This document shows, piece by piece, positions 35,715 to 43,469 of a DNA stretch of 43,947 nucleotides; the stretch's first letter is position 1, and every line of letters begins with the position of its first letter. Under the pieces are notes generated by a model. That model saw only the letters and a list, made by a program, of their open reading frames with translations. It ran no database searches and was not told the DNA's origin. The stretch covers positions 1-43,947 of IMG/VR virus record IMGVR_UViG_3300046739_000203. The stretch is one strand, 5' to 3'. The DNA is from a virus. Its lineage: Duplodnaviria; Caudoviricetes. A program made the translations under genes and the position numbers.

Positions 35715-36899
35715 CGAGACCGGATTCGTTATGTCGTAGATGGCGCGCAGACTCTCCGAATCTGCCTTGGCCGGGATGTCGTACCGGCGCGCGGTATCTG
35801 CGTCAAGCCATCCCACCGCCCCCTGTGCGATAACTTCCGGCACTCCCATGCGGACCAGATTCCGATAGGCCGTGCGGCGAAAGTCGTGGAAGAAAACCGC
35901 TGCCCGCGTGGTCGTCATGACCTGCCTTTTTTTCTTCCCGCGTTGGATAATTACTGGCGCGAGAACCGGCTGGTTTTTGCCGTCGCGCTTGATGGTGCCG
36001 TCGTCGTTCCGCAGCGCACGCTGGACGGGCACGGTCTTCACTGCCAACCCGGCCTTGCGGCACGCCGTCGCCCAGGACTTGTAGAACGTCTTGATTTCGT
36101 CGCCGCCCGGTGTCCGGAAAATGCGCTGGTTCGGGAAGTATTTGACCTTGGGCCGAATACCTTCGAGCAGTTCGCGCAATTCGCCCACCATCGGGAACGT
36201 CCTCCCCTTGCCATTCTTCGTTTCGCTTTTTTCCATCCGCACGCCATCGGCGTGGACGTGTCGCCATTCGCGCGTCATGACCTCCTGATGCCGCCATCCG
36301 GTGATATAGCCGAAGCGTGCGACCGGCACCAGATGTGCGGGCAGGTGCCTGCAAATCGCTTCCAACTGATCGCGCTCGAAGAACCCTTCGCGCACGTTGT
36401 TGGGATTCAGCATCTCGATATACGGCGTGTGAAAGATTCGTTCGTTCTGCTTCGCGAGCCTGAAGGCGCGTTTCGCCGCCTGCAATTCGAGATTGATATT
36501 CCCGTCCGCAGCACCCTGTTTCTGGCGATGCACCACGTACCGGGTAAAGTCCCCGGCGACGAAGTCAGCGGCCTTTCTGGTCGTGCCGAAAAAAGGCAAC
36601 AGATGGAGCAGGTATCGACGGCGGATGTCGTCGGTCGAGCGGAGCTTTTTCATTTCGTAGTACAGCACCACGTCGTCACAGAGTTCGCCGAAGGTGATGG
36701 TGTGCGGCTTCGAGGTAACAGGCCCCAGGTTGCTGGCGATAGCGCCGTGCCGGATTGTCAACTGGCGGATGGCTTCGGTGAGGGCAGCTTCGCGGGTTTC
36801 CCCGGTGATGGTCTCCTGTTGTTTCTCGCCCTGTGCGTTGGTGTATCGGATCTGAAAACTGCGCTTGCCGCGCTCGCGGACTCCCTTTGGCAATTCCAT
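35664..36899 (-). CDS. int: Tyrosine recombinase (phage integrase)
   Basis: TGWRHQE, TKNG, HDFRRT, VGW and RRYDI catalytic residues; N-terminal arm-binding-like region; ATG 36899 behind AAGGAAGG. Confidence 0.95.
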   Translation of the reverse strand: MELPKGVRERGKRSFQIRYTNAQGEKQQETITGETREAALTEAIRQLTIRHGAIASNLGPVTSKPHTITFGELCDDVVLYYEMKKLRSTDDIRRRYLLHLLPFFGTTRKAADFVAGDFTRYVVHRQKQGAADGNINLELQAAKRAFRLAKQNERIFHTPYIEMLNPNNVREGFFERDQLEAICRHLPAHLVPVARFGYITGWRHQEVMTREWRHVHADGVRMEKSETKNGKGRTFPMVGELRELLEGIRPKVKYFPNQRIFRTPGGDEIKTFYKSWATACRKAGLAVKTVPVQRALRNDDGTIKRDGKNQPVLAPVIIQRGKKKRQVMTTTRAAVFFHDFRRTAYRNLVRMGVPEVIAQGAVGWLDADTARRYDIPAKADSESLRAIYDITNPVSVAKNTDLVANFSDRKS

Positions 36900-37086
36900 G
36901 TATGTGTTCCTTCCTTCTGCGTTTCGGTCCCCACCAGTATACATGGCCGCTTTGTATCAACACACACACAAAAGGAAAGGGTCCCCCGCACAACCAGGGG
37001 ACCCCGCAGAACAACACACGAAAAACCAACACCCCGATTCTCGCCGCAGGTGGCGAAAAACGCAATGACAAACGCTGGAGGTTCGC

Positions 37087-37608
37087 ATGTCCGAATTCGA
37101 TAAAAATCCACAGTCGATATACAACGCCGAAATGAGAGACACCCCGGAATGGCGGGAACGCGCGCGGGGGATCAAAGAACACGACAACTACACCTGCCAA
37201 TACTGCGGCAAGAAGGCAGGTCAGGCGCTAGACGTGCACCACCTGTTCTACCACTACAGGGTATGGGAAGCGCCCGACCACGCCCTCGTCACGCTCTGCC
37301 ACGACACCTGCCACCAGAAGGACGGGGATTATGTTTGGACGCAGAAAAGCCCGGTCCCCGGTCGCCCAGGAGTTTTCCAGCAGACCGGCAAGATCGGCCC
37401 GTACTTCGACACGCTGCTCCTGTTGGCCCACGAGTTTCGCAATCGCGGCATATCGATCCGGCGACTGATGGCGTTCGCTCGGCTCATTCCACAACTCACC
37501 GAAGGCCAGTGGCAAGACATTGTCCGCTACATTCCCGCCGAGGAGGAAACCCAGTCAGAGGACGATGCCGCGTTTGCGGAGTACATGAACAGCAGGGGCC
37601 AGGCGTGA
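37087..37608 (+). CDS. HNH endonuclease-like protein
   Basis: DNYTCQYCG...LDVHH...LVTLCHDTCH; GGAGG SD. Confidence 0.8.
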   Translation: MSEFDKNPQSIYNAEMRDTPEWRERARGIKEHDNYTCQYCGKKAGQALDVHHLFYHYRVWEAPDHALVTLCHDTCHQKDGDYVWTQKSPVPGRPGVFQQTGKIGPYFDTLLLLAHEFRNRGISIRRLMAFARLIPQLTEGQWQDIVRYIPAEEETQSEDDAAFAEYMNSRGQA

Positions 37609-38339
37609 ACCCCGATATCAACTGGGCCATCCGGCAGAAGGCTCCGGCATCGTGCAAGCACGTCCTGCTTGTATTGGCAAACCGCGCCGACCGGAACCAT
37701 TCCTGCTATCCGTCGCTCACCCGGATTTCGTCCGATACCGGGCTGGATCGATCCACGGTCACTAGGTGCATCACGCAACTACTCGACATGGGTTTGTTGC
37801 TCCGGGAAAAGCGTGGAATCCAGACCAACATTTACCGGCTCCCAGTAGGCGCACCACGCAACCAGGTGGTAGTTGCACCACGCAACCAGGAGCAGGTGCA
37901 GGATGCGCCTAGTTGCACCACGCCACTAGTAGCACCACGCCACCAAGGTAGGCGCACCACGCCACCAAAGGTAGTTGCACCACGCGCCACTGAACCCAAA
38001 GTAGAACCCAAAGGAACCCAAAAGGGGGATAGGGATGTGCCTGCCGGTCTCGGCGAATTTCATTCCGTGGTTCTGTCGGAAACGCAATCCGCGAAACTCC
38101 ATGCGAAGTTCAACGGGAACTTCCAGCGGTATCTGGACCGGCTGGATCGGTACTCGCAAACCCACCCGAAGGAATTCAAAAAATACGAGTCCCACTACGC
38201 GGTGTTGCTGTCGTGGTACGACCGCGACATTGCCGAAGGGAAACTCAAACCCGAAATCCCAGGCACCAACGGCCACTACACCACCGAGGAAATCGCCGAG
38301 GCCACCGAGCGGCTGCGCAAGGGAGGCGTGCGGATATGA
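37605..38339 (+). CDS. Replication initiator with N-terminal HTH (lambda O-like organisation)
   Basis: WA...KHVLLVLANRAD...CYPSLTRISSDTGLDRSTV.R.I..L...GLL; internal DNA repeats. Confidence 0.8.
   Translation: MNPDINWAIRQKAPASCKHVLLVLANRADRNHSCYPSLTRISSDTGLDRSTVTRCITQLLDMGLLLREKRGIQTNIYRLPVGAPRNQVVVAPRNQEQVQDAPSCTTPLVAPRHQGRRTTPPKVVAPRATEPKVEPKGTQKGDRDVPAGLGEFHSVVLSETQSAKLHAKFNGNFQRYLDRLDRYSQTHPKEFKKYESHYAVLLSWYDRDIAEGKLKPEIPGTNGHYTTEEIAEATERLRKGGVRI
37845..37990 (+). repeat. Iteron array (6 x GCACCACGC), probable replication origin
   Basis: Copies at 37851, 37875, 37915, 37932, 37954 and 37977, each preceded by TAG(T/G)N, inside the initiator gene. Confidence 0.8.
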
Positions 38340-38821
38340 ACATCGAGTTTTTTCTGGAGCGTTGCGAAATGCTCTGGCCATCGGCGAAACCCCTCACCGT
38401 GGACCAACGCGCGTTCTACGCCGCGAAGCTGATGAACTTCGAAGGCCGAGACCTCGCGAAAATTTTCGACTACCTGTCGGAGACGGGGAAGTTCTTCCCC
38501 AAGATCGCGGACGTGTTCGACGCGGCCCGGCATTGCTCGATGCTCGACCGCGTGCAACCCACCGCGCCGCACGAGTGGACGCCGACCGGGTGCCGGTCGT
38601 GTGGTGGCTCCGGACAGCTGGCGGTGTTCTTTGAGGAGACCGCCGACCCAACAAACGGCCACCGGCAACGGTCCTTGCGCCGGGTGATGCAGTACGAGGC
38701 TTCCAACGCCGTGCTCCAGGTCAACGACTGGACCCGGTTCTATTTCCGGTGCCATTGCCCGGCTGGGGAAGTCCCCACACTGCACAAGGGGTTGCCGCGA
38801 TGGCAGGAGTATCTGCCATGA
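38336..38821 (+). CDS. Helicase loader/inhibitor-like protein with Zn finger
   Basis: FFPKIADV motif after the initiator; CRSCGGSG...CHC. Confidence 0.6.
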   Translation: MNIEFFLERCEMLWPSAKPLTVDQRAFYAAKLMNFEGRDLAKIFDYLSETGKFFPKIADVFDAARHCSMLDRVQPTAPHEWTPTGCRSCGGSGQLAVFFEETADPTNGHRQRSLRRVMQYEASNAVLQVNDWTRFYFRCHCPAGEVPTLHKGLPRWQEYLP

Positions 38822-39048
38822 CCGCAGCGGAACTTCGGGCATCGCGTAATCGTCTGGAGGCGGCGGGGTTGTCGGTCGCGGTTTGGAGCGACGGCCATGC
38901 CACGCTCGTGAACGAAAAGCAAATCCCCGGCGTGTGGCTCGCCAGGGCATTGGTGTTCAGTCCCCAGGAAATGTACGACTACATCCGGCTTTCGCCCCAG
39001 GAACGGGCTTTGGTTCGCGGGCTGAAAGGACTACGGCCAGCGAAATGA
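38818..39048 (+). CDS. Hypothetical protein
   Basis: ATGA coupling; AGGAG SD. Confidence 0.6.
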   Translation: MTAAELRASRNRLEAAGLSVAVWSDGHATLVNEKQIPGVWLARALVFSPQEMYDYIRLSPQERALVRGLKGLRPAK

Positions 39049-40034
39049 ATTTTTACAACGACAACGATCCGTATGCCGCCCGGTGGCTGGAAAACCTGAT
39101 CGCTGCCGGACAGATCCCAGGAGGCACCGTTGACACAAGAAGCATTCGCGAAATTGCTGGCGTCGATTTTTCCAGCTACACCCAGGCCCATTTCTTCGCC
39201 GGGATCGGCGGATGGCCTCTCGCGCTCGCTCTCGCCGGGTGGCCAGCAACTCGGCCTGTTTGGACCGGCTCCTGCCCCTGCCAGCCTTTCAGCGCCATCG
39301 GACGACAACGGGGAACCGCCGATGAGCGAAACCTCTGGCCTGTCTGGTTCGAGCAGATCCGCGTCCAACGACCGGACACAATTTTTGGCGAACAGGTTGG
39401 CAACGCAATTGGCTTCGGTTGGCTCGATGGAATATCGGCAGACTTGGAAGCAGAGGGCTACACCGTCGGGGCGGTTGTATTGGGTGCACACAGCATCGGC
39501 GCGCCCCATATCCGGCAACGGCTCTACTTCGCGGCTTCCATCGATCCAGGCGGATGGGAACGGGTTGTCTTTTCTTCCGACTGCGACGAGGACGGCAACT
39601 GCCCCAGGTGCGGAATCGACTATGCCGACTGTCCGTGCCTTGGACCCACCCAGGACGGAGTCGAATACCAGGAGCGGCCCGACGGACTTTACGCTCGCCG
39701 GTTGGGTGAGTCCTTCGACCAGGGATTGGAAAGACACACCAGGGATGGCAACGACCGCCGTGAATCCGGACGGCTCGGCCCGGACCCGGCAGGATCAATT
39801 GCCGCGCCAGGCGGCAATGGTTTCTGGGACCGATACGAACTCGCCTATTGCACAGACGGGAAAGCGCGGCGCATTGAACCCGGAACTCTCCCGCTGGCTG
39901 ATGGGGTTTCCCAGCGCGTGGGCAAACTGCGCGCCTACGGCAACGCCATCGTCCCGCAAGTCGCGGCGGAATTCGTGAAAGCGTTTCTTGAATCCACAAA
40001 CCCACAACCAGGAGGAAACTTTGAAGAAAAATAG
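39045..40034 (+). CDS. C5 cytosine DNA methyltransferase, alpha-type chain (motifs I-VIII and X)
   Basis: FFAGIGG, GSCPCQPFS, GEQV, HIRQRLYF and GNAIVPQVA. Confidence 0.92.
   Translation: MNFYNDNDPYAARWLENLIAAGQIPGGTVDTRSIREIAGVDFSSYTQAHFFAGIGGWPLALALAGWPATRPVWTGSCPCQPFSAIGRQRGTADERNLWPVWFEQIRVQRPDTIFGEQVGNAIGFGWLDGISADLEAEGYTVGAVVLGAHSIGAPHIRQRLYFAASIDPGGWERVVFSSDCDEDGNCPRCGIDYADCPCLGPTQDGVEYQERPDGLYARRLGESFDQGLERHTRDGNDRRESGRLGPDPAGSIAAPGGNGFWDRYELAYCTDGKARRIEPGTLPLADGVSQRVGKLRAYGNAIVPQVAAEFVKAFLESTNPQPGGNFEEK
39322..39978 (+). CDS. Overlapping alternate-frame methyltransferase beta-type chain (TRD-like region plus motif IX)
   Basis: Frame open 39130-39978; W.SP..RDWKD and LNPELSRWLMGFP; probable ATG 39322 behind GGGGA. 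Confidence 0.75.
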   Translation: MSETSGLSGSSRSASNDRTQFLANRLATQLASVGSMEYRQTWKQRATPSGRLYWVHTASARPISGNGSTSRLPSIQADGNGLSFLPTATRTATAPGAESTMPTVRALDPPRTESNTRSGPTDFTLAGWVSPSTRDWKDTPGMATTAVNPDGSARTRQDQLPRQAAMVSGTDTNSPIAQTGKRGALNPELSRWLMGFPSAWANCAPTATPSSRKSRRNS

Positions 40035-40662
40035 CGCCCGTATCACCATTGTGCTCGACCGATCCGGATCGATGGAATGTGTCCGGCAAGCCACCATCGA
40101 CGGGTTCAACGAATTCATCCACGGCCAGAAGGACGTTCTCGGCGAGTGCCACGTCCGATTGATCCAGTTCGACCACGAGATAGAAACCGTCTGGGACCGG
40201 CCTCTGTACCACGTTCCGAAGCTGGGGGTGGAAAACTACGTCCCTCGCGGCAACACGGCCCTGTTCGACGCTATAGGCGAAACAATCACGTCTCTGGGGA
40301 TCAATCTTGCCCGGCTTCCGGAGTCCGAGCGGCCCGAGCATGTGATCGTGATGGTGTTGACCGATGGCCAGGAAAACGCGAGCCGGGAATATAGCCAGGC
40401 GCAGATTCGCCAGATGGTGCAACACCAACGCGAGCAGTACAACTGGCAGTTCATTTTCCTCGGTGCGAATCAGGACGCGGTACTCACCGCCCAGGGGTTC
40501 GGTATCCCGAGGCAAGCGGCGATGACATACGCCTCGAACACGATCGGCACGCGCAATGCGTTTCGGTCCAGCACTGCGTATTCCAACAGCGTCCGGATGG
40601 GTGCCAACAACGTCGCGTTTTCCACCGACGACCGCACCAAGGCGATGGAGGAAACCAAGTGA
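40021..40662 (+). CDS. vWA domain protein
   Basis: MIDAS DRSGS, TAL.DA.G, LTDGQENAS, FLGAN; TTG start behind AGGAGG. Confidence 0.9.
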   Translation: MKKNSARITIVLDRSGSMECVRQATIDGFNEFIHGQKDVLGECHVRLIQFDHEIETVWDRPLYHVPKLGVENYVPRGNTALFDAIGETITSLGINLARLPESERPEHVIVMVLTDGQENASREYSQAQIRQMVQHQREQYNWQFIFLGANQDAVLTAQGFGIPRQAAMTYASNTIGTRNAFRSSTAYSNSVRMGANNVAFSTDDRTKAMEETK

Positions 40663-40841
40663 CCAAAGCTGCGTTGATCGCGATGCTCGAACCGATGCCC
40701 GAGGACGTGGAGCTATTGGTTCGCGACCATCCGATGTTGAACTCATGGTCCGAGGCCGTGGTTGTTGCCGAGATGGACGCCCACGGCGGTCGGGTGTATT
40801 TCTATCCGCCAGGCGCGGCACCGGCTCCCGATATCGAGTGA
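40659..40841 (+). CDS. Small hypothetical protein
   Basis: GGAGG SD; GTGA couplings. Confidence 0.65.
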   Translation: MTKAALIAMLEPMPEDVELLVRDHPMLNSWSEAVVVAEMDAHGGRVYFYPPGAAPAPDIE

Positions 40842-41200
40842 AGGCGAATTCCAAAAAAGTCACCATCGACGGGATCGTGTTCGATTCCGGCCATGAGGGA
40901 GACGTGTACCGGGACCAACTCCGACCGCTGGCCCGCAGCGGGGCCATCACGCAGTTACAGTGCCACCCGAAGTTCACGTTCATCGTCAACGGCGTGATTG
41001 TGGGCACCATGAAGCCGGATTTTGTTTTCGTGGATTCGAAGGGGTTGTTCGGCCCGGCTGGGATGTTGCTTTGTTGGGACGCGAAAGGTTTTCGCAGGTC
41101 GAAAAAGACAGGGCGGATGTTGCCCAGGGTGGACCGGGAATTCGGAATGAAAAAAAGGCTACTCCGCGCGCTGTTCGCTCTGGAGATTGTGTGCGTCTGA
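40838..41200 (+). CDS. DUF1064-like PD-(D/E)xK endonuclease
   Basis: DGIVFDS..E, L..HPKF, PDF.F and DAKG motifs. Confidence 0.8.
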   Translation: MKANSKKVTIDGIVFDSGHEGDVYRDQLRPLARSGAITQLQCHPKFTFIVNGVIVGTMKPDFVFVDSKGLFGPAGMLLCWDAKGFRRSKKTGRMLPRVDREFGMKKRLLRALFALEIVCV

Positions 41201-41206
41201 CACGAG

Positions 41207-41240
41207 AAAAGGCCGGGACCCTTTCGGAGTTCCCGGCCTT
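41207..41240. terminator. Intrinsic terminator hairpin between convergent operons (U-tract on the minus strand)
   Basis: AAGGCCGGGA/TCCCGGCCTT stem with adjacent AAAA. Confidence 0.75.
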
Positions 41241-41286
41241 CCCCCCAGTGCAGCCATCCACGGCGGGAGGCTATCACAACACGGCG

Positions 41287-41370
41287 CTACTTGTGTCGGT
41301 CGTTTCGAATCCGGTCCAGTTGGTACAGCAGGCCCAGGAGTATCACGACGACGGCCACGGTCCAGTTCAT
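41287..41370 (-). CDS. 27-aa single-TM peptide (MNWTVAVVVILLGLLYQLDRIRNDRHK)
   Basis: ATGA coupling to the upstream gene; hydrophobic core. Confidence 0.5.
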   Translation of the reverse strand: MNWTVAVVVILLGLLYQLDRIRNDRHK

Positions 41371-41696
41371 TGGTTCCCCCGATACTTCCGGACGGGGTTT
41401 TCCTTTCGCGGTCGGCCACCGCGCTTCCCGTTTTCGCGGGAGGCGGCGGCTTTCGCTTCCGATGTGACCGAGGCAATGCAGGCGGGGCATTGCAGGATTG
41501 TGCCGTGGGTGGGACATTTCGGGTTTTTCACTGTATTCCTTTCGTGTGTTCGGCCGGTTCGTTCGCAAAAGCTGGCCGGATTGTTCAGGTCCGTTTCGAC
41601 GTTGCAGGCGTTACAGCGCACGGCCTCATAGCCGAGCGCGCCGTCATGGAATACGGTATCGGTGCTTTGACATTGCGGACAGGCGGGCGCGCTCAT
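41367..41696 (-). CDS. Double Zn-ribbon protein with SEAKAAASRENGKRGGRP tail (internal start GTG 41531)
   Basis: ORF track; in-frame leader repeat before 41531. Confidence 0.7.
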   Translation of the reverse strand: MSAPACPQCQSTDTVFHDGALGYEAVRCNACNVETDLNNPASFCERTGRTHERNTVKNPKCPTHGTILQCPACIASVTSEAKAAASRENGKRGGRPRKENPVRKYRGNQ

Positions 41697-43108
41697 GGCC
41701 GCACGACCGGCGCGCTGTTTGTCGTGACGGCACCGCAGACGGTACAGTATTCCAGGTATCCGTTGAAAGACTGCATCGGCTGTTGAGCGTCCCCAGGATG
41801 CTCGCAGAAGGCGTTCAATCGAAGGTCGCGGGCTTTTTCTTCGGCGTCGAAAACGGCATCGGTGCGATTCATCCGGTCCACCGGCAAGGTTATCGAGTAG
41901 AGTTCGCGGTCATCGCCCAGGACGCGAACCACCCCGTTCCAGGTCGGCACCGGCTCGGGTTCGGTGGCCGCGATGGTGGCCGGTTCCTTGGAAACTATTG
42001 CGTCCCGCCCGCTATTCCATTGCGCGGACGTGAAAGCATCGCCGCACGAACCGATCAAGCGCCCGTCTTTGGTGCGGGTTTCTTTTAGGGTTACCGTGTC
42101 GCCACAAATCGGGCACAAGTCCGATTCAACCGCCTCGGGTTCCGGCTCGGGGAAAAAGTCCGCAAGGTTCAGCGGCACCGGCTCGGGTTCGGCCTCGGGT
42201 TCCAGTGCGGCGTCCGCGCGCCCAGGGGTTACCCCGTCCCAGGTACGGGACAGGTCCACCCCGTCCCACTTGTCGCCCAGCGGCATTACAACGTACCGAA
42301 AGGAAAGATCGTCCGCTTCGAACACGATGGCGTTGGTGTCACCGGCATACCACACGGTCAGGGGCCAAGCGCCGCACATCGGCTCCAGGAACTCGGGATT
42401 GATTGCAACGTGCCAGGGTTCCCAGCTTGTGACCGGCAAGGTTTCTTCGAAATCACCGGCATCATTGCCAGCGGTTTGCCGGACGGGTTCGCCATGCTCG
42501 GACGTTATCCGCAATTCGCCAGGGTTGCCGATGAGACGAACCCGAGGCGCGCGTTCGTCCACCATGAGCGCGGCGCGCTTCAACGCCAGGTGAAACTCGG
42601 GATTGTCGAGTAACCCCACCTTGCGCGCGGCACCGGCCCATATATCCAGGATCGGGGTTCGTGTGCCCACGCCAGCGCCAGGTTTCAACAGGGCGGTTTT
42701 CCCATCGGTCGAAACAATTTCCCACCCGTCCAGGCACGGGGTTCCATTGTACCGGCCAAAATTCGCGCGCGCGTTTTTCAGCATCCGTTTCTGGATACTG
42801 TCTTTGATACGTTCGAACGCCTTCGAGAATCCAGTGGCCCCAGGGGTTTCGATTCGCGGTTTCAGCGCGGGCATTTTGAAAGGTTTCGAACCCGGTGCGG
42901 CATATTTCAGGCAGTTCGGATTCGAATAGGTGACGGTCCCATCGCGCTGGATTCGAAGGAACGAACCGGACGACGTTTTCCGTCCAGGCTCCCAGGTGTA
43001 TCCAGGGCCGGTGTATCGGACGGGGTTGCCGTTATGATCGGTCGCGGGTTTCGCGGGCGGAATTGCCAGGGCGGTTTCGATTTCGATTTCGTCAATTGTT
43101 GTGCTCAT
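41693..43108 (-). CDS. Multidomain early protein containing a DNA Pol III beta-clamp (DnaN)-like region and C-terminal Zn fingers
   Basis: VSTDGK.AL, EF..ALKRAALM, G...E.L, INPEFL and FRYVVMPL match clamp middle and C-terminal domain signatures. Confidence 0.7.
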   Translation of the reverse strand: MSTTIDEIEIETALAIPPAKPATDHNGNPVRYTGPGYTWEPGRKTSSGSFLRIQRDGTVTYSNPNCLKYAAPGSKPFKMPALKPRIETPGATGFSKAFERIKDSIQKRMLKNARANFGRYNGTPCLDGWEIVSTDGKTALLKPGAGVGTRTPILDIWAGAARKVGLLDNPEFHLALKRAALMVDERAPRVRLIGNPGELRITSEHGEPVRQTAGNDAGDFEETLPVTSWEPWHVAINPEFLEPMCGAWPLTVWYAGDTNAIVFEADDLSFRYVVMPLGDKWDGVDLSRTWDGVTPGRADAALEPEAEPEPVPLNLADFFPEPEPEAVESDLCPICGDTVTLKETRTKDGRLIGSCGDAFTSAQWNSGRDAIVSKEPATIAATEPEPVPTWNGVVRVLGDDRELYSITLPVDRMNRTDAVFDAEEKARDLRLNAFCEHPGDAQQPMQSFNGYLEYCTVCGAVTTNSAPVVRP

Positions 43109-43176
43109 TGCTGTGCTGTCCTTTCGTGTGTCGTGTTGTTGGTTTGTTGGGGCGGCGTGTGCCCGCCCCAGGGTTG

Positions 43177-43362
43177 CTAGTGTTGATAGCGTCCTTCGAT
43201 GACGGCGAGTTCGTTGGTTTCGATGGCGTCATTCCAGATTGCGATATCGATTTCCAGGTTGGCAATTTCCACCCGCAGCGCGGCGATGCGCGCGTGGGCT
43301 TTTTGCAGGTTCGCCAGGTCGGCGGAAACTTGGGCGCGGTAGAATTCTTTCGTCTCGAACAT
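43177..43362 (-). CDS. Coiled-coil early microprotein (MFETKEFYRA...), first gene after P2
   Basis: ATG 43362 behind the ACACGACACACGAAAGGACAC leader. Confidence 0.7.
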   Translation of the reverse strand: MFETKEFYRAQVSADLANLQKAHARIAALRVEIANLEIDIAIWNDAIETNELAVIEGRYQH

Positions 43363-43403
43363 TATCGTTGTGTCCTTTCGTGTGTCGTGTGCGGCCACCT
43401 TGA

Positions 43404-43432
43404 AATATAGGCTAGCCGTTGGGTTATGTCAA
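43404..43432 (-). promoter_or_regulatory. Early sigma70-type promoter P2, identical to P1
   Basis: TTGACA-TAACCCAACGGCTAGCC-TATATT. Confidence 0.85.
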
Positions 43433-43469
43433 TGGGCGGGTTCGTTGCCAGGGAACCCGCCCCAGGGAA

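Noticed and set aside
37149-37604. N-terminal extension of the initiator ORF (similarly the long upstream extensions of ORFs 33355, 33843, 28036 and 28416)
   Set aside because: They overlap other good genes and have low-complexity R/P-rich translations; coupled downstream starts fit better.
37845-37990. CRISPR array
   Set aside because: The repeats are 9 nt with short irregular spacers, lie inside a CDS, and no cas genes are present.
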